Of a stretch of DNA of 64,000 bases, positions 1 through 10,160 are shown piece by piece. The stretch covers positions 16,160,350-16,224,349 of the forward strand of contig NC_068988.1 of NCBI RefSeq assembly GCF_001194135.2, given 5' to 3'. The notes beneath the pieces were generated by a model, which made no database searches, was not told the DNA's origin, and saw nothing but the letters and a program-made list of their open reading frames with translations. Each line of letters begins with the position of its first letter. The first letter of the stretch is position 1. This stretch comes from Octopus bimaculoides. Its lineage: Eukaryota. The position numbers and the translations under genes are program-made.

Positions 1-1366
1 GCAATGTTAATTCTCTAAATGAAGTATTAACAGTATTAACATTGCTTGTTTTCACCTTTTCGATATCAGTGAAGAATTTCACTGGAAAAGTAGATATAAG
101 ATTGCCAAGATTTTGTCTCTCTCACCAAGGATCAGTGGCTATCGAACGCCGACGAAGGGAAATAACCCTGAAATCCGGATCCGTTCGTGATACAGATCAT
201 GGTGAGAGGGATAACTTCCCTTGGCAAACAGGACACAGTAGTGTCTCGATAAGCCAGCTGGAGGAGATGTCCTCCTGGGGCTAAAAGCAACAGTAACATC
301 CACCCCTAGGGGTCAGCCACACTTGCGCATGAGTGCCTATAGGTGTAGATGCTTATGTGGATGTGTACCTTTCAAAATTTAATTCCTGCATAAGTGGTCG
401 CCTTTTTATCTTTGCACATTTGGAGGCCCCCGCCTCTCTCCCTCTGTCTCTCTGTCTTTCTCCTTCCCTCTGTACGTATATACTTGTGTATCTATATGTG
501 TGCGTGTGTGTGTGTGTGTATCGGGGTTGTATATGTAGATAGCGACATAGATACAAAAAGAGAGAGAGAAGCAGAAACAGCGAAAAATGTGTTGCATCTG
601 CATACATGTATGTACATGCGTGAATCTGCATTGGTGTGTTTTTTTTAGACAATCGCAAAACCGAATATTGCCACAAAACGTGCACCATCACATTACGAAA
701 ATAACTAAATGGGATATTGGGATGACTTATGGCTGAACTGATATGACCTGAAAACGTTATATTTTAAGCTGCTGACAGCGCGAGAAGTAAGCAATGTATA
801 TTTTACTTCGAAATATTCTATAAAACTTCATTCGAAATTATCACAAAAAGATCACTATATCACGCCATCCAACTGTCTCTCGTCAATATTTATAAGTCGA
901 TTAACTGTTCGTTTCTCATTAGAATACCACTTCAAATATTTCAATACTTGCAATATAATGTTTTTTTATGATTCATAGTTTCCTAAAAATATTTATACAT
1001 TTTTATATAATTCTGTACATACATACATACATACATACATACATACATACATACATACATACATACCTACATACAAGCATATGTACATAAATACGTACGT
1101 ATACACACACACCTACACACGTTCGCGCGGGCAAACTCTATAGGGGGGTGAAGATAAATTCGAGTCTATACCGTTAATTCCTACGTACGTTGTTGCTTGA
1201 AGCCCTGCATTGGGTGTCTAAGTACAATTAGATGCTCATCCATAACAGATCAATTTTAATGTATTTCATAACTTGTAATAATATCAATGCATAGTAGATA
1301 CCATTGTACTGGAAGAAGACTGGACTATGGATATCTACGTGGAGTCGTACACCTATTTCTACAGAC

Positions 1367-1408
<42 letters not shown>

Positions 1409-2000
1409 ATTATGTCTTATGTTATATGTCTTATACTATTGAGCCAATTGAATGCACGAATATTTAAATATTAGAGAAATGCGCAGCCTCTTACATATTG
1501 CAAAAGGATTTTCATTCGATCTTTAATCGTAACGATACCTCTTTGCGTGTCGTATATCTATTTACCGTTGTACAATACATCAAACCAGCCTTTAGCAGTC
1601 ATCCAACGGCAAATATTACGTACACCAGTCTATCTACCCAGTAAATTTTCTATCTAGGATAGTCAGAATAGCAATCGGCTTAAACAAACAGCAATTACTG
1701 AGTATATTTGATGTTTATGTAGTTCGACAATTCTCCGTTATGAATCTAATGTTAACCCATCTCATTTTCGCATCTCAACATATTAATGGTGCATCTTCCC
1801 GTAAAAAATTCAGCATTTAAAAACGGAAAAAAATGTTTTTATTAATTTATAATTTGAGTAGTATTGATTGAAATCAAGTTTAATAACCACTGTCGACCCG
1901 ACTATATAAAATATATACACATAGAAAGATACCTACAAACATACATCCATATATATACACACATATATATATGTGTATAAATATGTATATATATATATGT

Positions 2001-2053
<53 letters not shown>

Positions 2054-2133
2054 GTATTGCTTATGGTCACTTTAATGTGGCTGTCCTCCAAGAGACAGTG
2101 TATATGTGTATATAAAATGTACACATATATATA

Positions 2134-2164
<31 letters not shown>

Positions 2165-2178
2165 CATCCATCCATCCA

Positions 2179-2264
<86 letters not shown>

Positions 2265-2559
2265 TATGCATAGAGTGATTGAAGTGATGTACAGATATTG
2301 TATATTAAGAAGAAGGAAGTAGTCAGAATTTTAGGTAATTCTTTATTAGCTCCTTCGTCAATCGATTTCTTCAGATATGATGCACAGAAAATATCTTCAC
2401 CATTGTATACAAGTCGAAAAGAAGATGTCATTTTGTTTAGAAGAAGAGGAAGAGAAAAGAGGAATGAAGGGAAGAGAGGGAGTGAGAGGGGGAGACAGAG
2501 AGACAGGAAAGAGAAACGAAAATAGAAGAAGGCATGCATTTTGGGATGGCATTCGAAGG

Positions 2560-4148
2560 TTGATATTACAAGGAAACTTTTAAATCGTAGAGCGTATGGT
2601 TTCTGATTGTATTTAGCTTCAGGAACGTTTCTTTTTGTGACCAACAACAATCAGCCAGCATAGAAGAGCTGCACTTTTCTTGATTCCGAGTCTCTATGAC
2701 ATTCGCCGTGCTCGTCACAGACAGCCCCAACATTTGCAGGGAAAATGTCCAAGTGAGAATTGAAATGGATTTTTACGCTCATATTGCATCCCAAGGCCTT
2801 GTGTGATGTCTGTAGCTCTTTCTTAATGTAAGAATAGATCTCTGCTCTGTGATACCCTCCAAAATTCTCTGAAAACTTTCTTAAATGTCTGTCACGTAGA
2901 TTTTTCAACATCATTCAGCTCTTCGTCAAACTTATGGTCTCTAATGCGATCCCTAATCTGTGGTCCAACAAAACTACCTTCCTTGATTTTTGCGTTACTT
3001 ACACTTGGGAAATTAGTTTTCAAATACGTGAATCCCTTGCCAGTCCTATTCATGCCTTTGACGAAATTCTTCATCAACCGTAGCTTGATATGCAGAGGTG
3101 GCAGATAAATTTTCTCAGAATCAACAAGAGGGGGATTGATGACATTCTTCTTTCCAGGGGTCATAATGATATATTATATTCTTCTTTTCATAATGATATT
3201 TCTTATGCCGACCGTCCCACTCAGAGTGGAAGCAAAAAAAAAAACTTGGTGTAACCCAGCTGCATTCCAAGTAAAAGTGCCACAATCTTTAGGTCACTAC
3301 ATATATTCCACTTATGTTCCTCATACTTAATTTTTTGCAACAAAAGATTCATACTCTCATATGTTTCCTTCATGTTAACTACATGGGCCAGAGGAAAAGA
3401 TGGAAACTTAATTCCATTGTGGAGTAAAACTGTTTTCAAGCTTACTTTTGAGGAGTCAATAAACAAACGTCACTCATTCGTTTTATATTTGTGGTTAAGT
3501 TCTTCCATAACAGAATATGTATCATTACAAAACACCACATATTCCTCAAAAATTTGCAAAATTACAATATAGGCACGATAAAAACTAACTTTGGTCTCTT
3601 TCGGGAGAAGATTCCAGGCCTTTAACTTGGAACCAAGAAGTTCAGCTTGCTTTTTCGATAAGTTTAAATCCCGCACAAGATCATTCAGATCTTCGTGACT
3701 TATCACATGTGGTTTACTTGAAGTACAGTTAGGCTCAAAGTCCAAGTCTTTTTCTTTCTCCACATATTCATCACACGACTCGTCGTCACTAAGTGTGATT
3801 TGTGTTGGAGACTCAGGTACAGGTAAGTACACTTCATGCACAGTACTGAAAAAGCCTCCGTGACTCATTGACTCAGTGTTGTCAAGCTTCGGTGACTCAA
3901 ATTTATGATTTCATTAGGTTAATTCTATTCATAAACATTTCAATTAGGGGTATTTCTTAAACTGTTAGCTTCACATTTCAAAAGCCTAACTGAAATTTAT
4001 CCCATGTAACAGGTACTGAGAAGGATATCGTGGAACAGATAAACTGTGGGTGACAAAGATAATTTGACATTATTTTTTAATCCTGCATGCAAAAGTATAT
4101 AAGATATAGGAATTGTTTTTCTTGGGACAAATTCTTTGTTGACCAGTG
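2560..4148 (-). mobile_element. Decayed Chapaev3-like (CMC superfamily) DNA transposon; one terminus kept, N-terminal transposase region and distal end missing
   Basis: Consecutive minus-strand ORF fragments 3470-3868, 3221-3466, 2892-3164, 2651-2914 read DLNDLVRDLNLSKKQAELLGS / LFIDSSKVSLKTVLLHNG / ICSDLKIVALLLGMQLGYTKF / LPPLHIKLRLMKNFVK / KIHFNSHLDIFPANVGAVCDEHGE, colinear with a widespread invertebrate transposase I recall as Chapaev3. Element starts CACTGGTCAACAAAG on the minus strand at 4148. Stops and frameshifts between fragments. Family name is from recall, not a search. Confidence 0.75.
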
Positions 4149-4507
4149 TATTTATTTGAGTCCGTTATAGAATTGATTGTTTTCTCTTTGTCCTAGTAAC
4201 AGTTCTATTTTTTTTTTTATTCTAGTAACATTTCCAGTGTTTTTTTAAAATTTTGTGTAAGATCTTCAACTGCAACGGTTACATGTAGCATTGGTATTAC
4301 ATGTATTCATTTATTTCTTCTTTTTTTTATTCTACAGTATCATCTTTCTTCGCCATGTTTTGTCAATGAAAATGTAACTGGAGTTTCTTAACCACTGAAT
4401 AATTTGTGTGTTATTTACTGATTTTATGGCTTGTTTCTTTTTCTGTAGTTGACATACCATCATGATCAGGTGACAAGTCGTATTAAAATCAAACTGTTTC
4501 CGAATGG

Positions 4508-4560
<53 letters not shown>

Positions 4561-4577
4561 CATTATCATCATTATTA

Positions 4578-4663
<86 letters not shown>

Positions 4664-4705
4664 GCTGTTGCTTTTGTCATTATTATAGTTGTTGTTATTG
4701 TTGTT
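4508..4705. repeat. Compound trinucleotide microsatellite (ATT)n/(ATC)/(GTT)n
   Basis: Direct reading; source of the poly-L/N/I/Y ORFs. Confidence 0.97.
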
Positions 4706-5501
4706 GGTGTTATGGTTAGAACAGATATAAAGATAATGTAAAACAATAAAATAAATAATTGACTCGAGAAACAACAACTGTTTGTTTTAACGATTTTGCT
4801 TCGAGTTTCAACTGTCGAAGAATTCTCTAGTATTGTTTAATACTAGTTTCCTTTCTCATGATATTATCATACGCTGATATCACAATGCCACAATGCCGAT
4901 GATGTTGAAGATAACCGTGTCTGACTTATGTAGGGCATCTATCGAACAATTTTGGCTGTGATAGCGCATATATGGACAGGTCATATATGGACAGGTCAGG
5001 GCAAATTTTTGAAAGGAAGATTTACAATGATCCATAACTCTGCCATCTTCGCCATCGATTTTATCCAAGGAGAAGACTGATGACTGCGGCATATTACCAT
5101 TGGGTCCAGTGCATTCTACTATAGCTCCATTTGACCAATGATCTGTGAGGGAATTTGCTAGACAGAAAATGCAAAGAAACCTGTCAAATATATATTCTAA
5201 CCACATTCTTATTGAATCTTCCATGAGTTACCATGTACCTCCTTGCTACAATGTAAACTTTTATTTAATCTTGGCCTGAAGAATAGCCTGCAGTATACAC
5301 TGCGCTTGGATATTTACCTTTTCCAAGGTTCCACTTGCTATGAAATACTGAAATACATGTTTCAGTTTATCGTACTTCCATTCGAAAACAAATCGACAGC
5401 CTTCTGTCTCAATAAACCACTATTTTCCGTGAAGCTGTTCTTTATATTTACTATGGATTGCTTGAAGCTGACTTACTTCCTCCACCAGTATCCTTGGATC
5501 T

Positions 5502-5542
<41 letters not shown>

Positions 5543-5699
5543 GTAGGTATCGTAAGTTCAGAGGTTATACTTGATAAGCGTAAGCCCCTGTATATGCCAG
5601 ATAGTGACAGAGGTAAGAGAATATATCAAACATATATATATATATATATATAGTATGTGTGTATGTGTGTGTTTATATATATGTGTGCGCGTCCTTTTG

Positions 5700-5880
5700 T
5701 GTTTGCCTCTTATTGAGAACCGGTGCTAATTAGTTTGCATTTCCGTCCATTAATATTCGGGAAAAAATCTGAATAAATGCCAGATTCAAAATTAAGCACC
5801 GAGATGGATTTGGTCTACTAAACCCTTCAAGATCGTGTCCCTGTATAGCTGACATTAATGATTGAAACATGTAAAAGAGT
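5700..5880 (+). mobile_element. Degenerate 3' half of a family C SINE
   Basis: ccggtgctaattagtttgc...gatggatttggtctactaaaccc...gattgaaacatgtaaaaga resembles the reverse complement of the 3' ends at 33437 and 48613. Confidence 0.5.
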
Positions 5881-5975
5881 TATAATTTCGCGAATAAAAA
5901 TATTGTTAGTCAGTTAATACAAATCATAGCGATTAGAAGAGAACACAAGTTGAATGTTTAATGTTGATCAAATCT

Positions 5976-6170
5976 AAGGCGGCGAGCTGTCAGAGTCGAT
6001 AGCACGTCAGATAAAATTCTTAGCAGCATATAAAGATGTTCTGAGTTTAAATTTAGGCAGGGTCAAGTTTGTCCGGTGTGAATAAAATACCTATTGAATG
6101 CAGGAGTTGATGTAATCAACATATCCCCCTCCTCTGAAATTACTGGTCTTGTGCCAAAATTTGAAATTAA
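5976..6170 (+). mobile_element. tRNA-derived SINE, family A
   Basis: AAGGCGGCGAGCTGTCAGAGTCG head, B-box-like GAGTTTAAATT, tail CCCCCTCCTCTGAAATTACTGGTCTTGTGCC. Confidence 0.8.
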
Positions 6171-6184
6171 TATTCTTTTCTACT

Positions 6185-6381
6185 CTAGGCACAAGGCCCG
6201 AAACTTTGGGACTAGTCGATTAGATCGATCCCAGTACGCAACTGGTACTTAATGTGTCAGTCCTGAAAAGATGAAAGGCAAAGTGGACCTTGGCGAAATT
6301 TGAACTCAGAACGTAGTAGCAGACGAAATACCGCTAAGCATTTCGCCCGGCTTGCTAACGAATTTGCCAGCTCCCCGCCTT
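6185..6381 (-). mobile_element. tRNA-derived SINE, family A
   Basis: Reverse complement reads AAGGCGGGGAGCTGGCAAATTCGTTAGC...GTTCTGAGTTCAAATTTCGCC...GCCTTTCATC. Confidence 0.88.
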
Positions 6382-6400
6382 AATTTGAAATTTATATTTA

Positions 6401-6470
6401 TTTCTTTATTGCCCACGGGGGTGGGGTAGACAAAGAGGGGACAAACAAGGACAGACAAAGCGATTAAGTC
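6401..6470 (-). mobile_element. Isolated 3' tail of a family A SINE (long-tail variant)
   Basis: Reverse complement GACTTAATCGCTTTGTCTGTCCTTGTTTGTCCCCTC...GTGGGCAATAAAGAAA matches 18716-18782. Confidence 0.8.
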
Positions 6471-6499
6471 CTACTGCGCAGGAAAACATACTAAGCTGC

Positions 6500-6660
6500 G
6501 GTTTTTCAAAATTTACGCTCCCAGTTCAAATTTCGGCAAGTTCGACTTGGACTTTCCTTTTTCGGAGTCGATAAAATAAATACCAGCTGAACACTGGGGT
6601 CGATGTAATCAATGTATCTCCTCCTCTGAAATTGTTGACCTTGTTCCAACAACTTGAAAC
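6500..6660 (+). mobile_element. 5'-truncated family A SINE
   Basis: CAGTTCAAATTTCGGC...GGAGTCGATAAAATAAATACCAGCTGAACACTGGGGTCGATGTAATC. Confidence 0.8.
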
Positions 6661-8116
6661 CTATATTTATCAAATCTAGTGAAATCAAAGATAATCGGAA
6701 CAAGAACATCAAAGTATTGATTAATTTAAATTAGTTTGCATTTAGGATTAATATTTGACCTTTTACACGTTTTCTTTTTTATCCCCCCGTTTTTATTTCA
6801 ACACTAATATTCTTTTGATGAAAATTATATTGTACACTATACTTAAACATTTCAGCTCCGCATCAAATGTGTTTCTTTTGGGTAGCATCTCAATGAGATT
6901 TCCTCCATCTCGTAAATTAGAACTCAGTTCGGTTTTGCTTTGATGCTATTTAATGCAATTTCTAGTGTTAATATTTCTTCTGTGTATGAGGACGTAACAA
7001 CATACATAACGAAACATGTTTGAAGTGCAAATATTCCAGATTTTTCATTGAAACTTTTTATATCACTTACTCCCTTTCCAGGTAAGTCAGACATACATCT
7101 GGATGCATTTTCGTACTTAATGCTGTATCTAGCCATCTTAAAATAACATTAAGTCTGACCTACATTATAACCAATAATTACTGATAAATAGGAATATTGG
7201 CTAATACCCATGTATCAGGTTTTCAAGATAAATGCGATGATGAATGATTGCTAGTGACATTTCTTATATGAAGACAAGAAGATATTTGATGTATGATTTT
7301 TCAAGGAGACCTTTGGCGTATAGAGTATCTCTTTGAATTGTATATGATATACGGTAATTCTTGAAGACGTCCGTCAAAGGAGAAGATCGATATTCTGTGA
7401 ATGAGCGGAAATATTAAGTTAGGTGTATCTTTAAAATTTTCCTTATTAAATAGAGTTGGTGTATGCCTTTAGAGCAAAGCCAACACGGGGAAAAACTGCG
7501 GATACTTTTATAGATATGAATGATATAAATTATTTTATTTTTTATGAATGGCAATAATATCAGAACTTTGACACTACGTTAATATAAGGAGGCCAGATAT
7601 TTTAATGGAACCTGAACGAATAATATGAAAAATGTCAATAAAAGTAGTTGCTCTTACTTCCTCCTGGCAAAACTTTAGATTAAACTTTTTAGCATCTTCA
7701 ATGATGTTAAAAATAGTTGAGGTAAAAATAGAAGCTATCTATCAATATGATAGTTTTTTTTTTACTAAAATGATCAGTGAATTGAAATGGGAGTGGGTGA
7801 ATGTTTTTAATCGATCGATTTTCTTTATCATTTTTCTTTAATTTTCCTCTTTTTGATTTTTCCTTAGCCTAAGCTTATAAAAGGAAAATTGATATCAGCC
7901 AAGAATACTCACTTAGAAAACTTTAAATTTTAATTAAGTTTTAAAGATGGTAGCTCCTGCTGATTTTTCATTGACATTCAAACTTCGTAACGAGGTAAAA
8001 CGTACACATATTTTACTATATGTAGACGTACAACATCTATGTCTATAAACGTCGGTACATGAATACATAGACTATTCATGCATACGCATAATCTGCAGAT
8101 ATGTATAATTTACGCA

Positions 8117-8117
<1 letters not shown>

Positions 8118-8197
<80 letters not shown>
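8118..8197. repeat. (AT)n microsatellite
   Basis: Direct reading. Confidence 0.97.
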
Positions 8198-8199
<2 letters not shown>

Positions 8200-8899
8200 G
8201 TACGCAACAGTGTAAATAGCATATATAAATGACATTATATATATATATATATATATATTTGTAGTTTGATAGACGTATAATTATGTATGTATGCAGGTAA
8301 GCAGCTATATAGACATCTTATGTTTTCTGTCTATTTAAGTTTTAAAATGCGCAGCAGACAGGGGGCGCAGTTTGTGCTTATATGGAAAGAGTGTCTTTAT
8401 TTAGATATTAATTTTGAAAATCCGTTACTCATCTTATGACAATAACAATTACTTTTATAAAAATTTCGTTCCAACGAAATATATAATAATTGAAATAGAC
8501 TCCGTCTGACCGAAAAGTCAAAATATCGAAAGCGTGAAATAAGGAAAAACACATTTATGAACTCCATAATATTAAACGAATTTTGAAATTTTTTAAAGAT
8601 GATGATGATGATGATGATGATGATGATCTATTTTGCCTTAGGCAATTTAAAATGTCTTCCCTAGGTCACTGGTTGTCGACCGACAGGTATTTATTACCTG
8701 TCGATATGAACGGAAAGGCTATCATTATCAGTAGTAGTGGTAGTGGTAGTGGTAGCAACAACAATATGATTTACAGACCCAAATTAGGAAAGAATTAATA
8801 TGAGAGGTATAGAAGAAATATCAAGACCTAGCTGTTGAATTACAGAGACTATGGAAAGTGCGGGTAAAAGTATATATATATATATATATATATAAACAA

Positions 8900-10160
8900 A
8901 TAATAAATGAGTATATGCATATATACGTACGGGTGTGTGCATACCTACGTCTACCTGTATATATANNNNNNNNNNGTACGGGTGTGTGCATACCTACGTC
9001 TACCTGTATATATAGGTGCATATCTGGGTACAGGACATTGCAAAAAAAAACGTAGACAAGAAATAATAATAACCAGAGTACAGAAAACACACAAGCCATA
9101 TAGAGAACAGTTTCCTTCATCAGCTACCCCCGTTTTAACACCGGAGTTTTGAAGAGTTGGGCAGGACGCATCGTTAAAACGGCTCTTCTCATGGACCGCA
9201 AATTAAATTTGTATACACAAATTAAACCTGTGCCATGGAGGAATGTAGTAGCGGACAAAAAACAAGACAGGAAAACAAACGGAAAAGGCCATGCGGCCAG
9301 ACGTGAAAAATTATGTGTATATGAACGCTGTGAGGCACGAACTTGAAAGTGGGGACGAAGTAAGTTCGCAGCACAGCATTAAGTCTAAGTCGTTTCAATT
9401 TAAGAAGGAATTTAATAAAAATGATTTTCAAATTTATAAATTTATATGAAGCAAATATTGTCGGTTTCGATTAATCTCATCTTATCAAATATCAATAAAA
9501 ATTTATTTTTTAAAAAAGTAGTAAAAATGTAATAAAAAAGTAGTTAGAGGAAGTAAAGACACTTTATATTTTGTCTGGGGGTCAAGAACATATCTCGAGA
9601 TTTTTTGGTGAGGTTTTCTTTAAAAATAAGACCGTCAGGTCGCTGACACCTGACGAAAGGGATTCTTTCTTTCTGTTTCCTGCCTTCCTGTAGAGAAGAC
9701 ACAAATTTTTTCACTCTCTAACTAGCGTTCAAAATAAGTTTTCTATCGTCTTGGATTAACAGCCCTTACCGTTTGTTCTCACTGTCCTGTCTTGTTTTTA
9801 CTGTCTTGTTCTCACTGTCCTGTTCTTGTTTACACTTTCACGTTCCGCAAAAATTTCCAAATTTTAATTAATTTGCTTGCGGGAAGGACTGCTCCAACGA
9901 CGTCGCGTATTGTCCTTACCTTCGAAACGCGGTGTAGATAGAGCAGGGACAACTGAAGAAAGGAATTATTCCTTATGTTGCATGTCTCGTTTCTCTTTGT
10001 TTTTTTTGTTGTTCGAAAAAAAAGTTCGTTTTCTGTCTTCGTCTTTATGTTTTCGTTTCTCATTGTGTTTAACGTTTTTTGAGATGTCCTGTACCCATAT
10101 ATGCATGTATGTATACATATAGATGTCGGTATGTACATATATGTATGGATATATACATAT
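8900..10160. repeat. Diverged inverted duplication (arms ~8900-9340 and ~9700-10160)
   Basis: Ungapped 53 bp block 44/53 identical by hand alignment (gtgcatacctacgtc...gggtacaggacat vs reverse complement gtacataccgacatc...gggtacaggacat) plus colinear anchors acacc..gttt.gaag, gcaaattaa, aacaagacagga..aacaaacgg, tgaacgct. Confidence 0.75.

Noticed and set aside
130-330. GC-richer segment with palindrome acccctaggggt, possibly a retroelement UTR or ribozyme
   Set aside because: Could not fit an HDV-like or hammerhead fold or assign a family by eye.
4830-5480. Possible very old Tc1 relic on the minus strand (DRRL.., ISKRSVYCRL, VFS..K..DG.DGRV)
   Set aside because: Motif resemblance too weak and no TIR or catalytic motif could be fixed.
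6900-7740. Minus-strand exon-like stretches (IASIFTSTIFNIIEDAKKFNLKFCQEE; WLDTALSTKMHPDVCLTYLERE)
   Set aside because: No recognisable homology, inconsistent phases and an implied 46 nt intron; compatible with chance.
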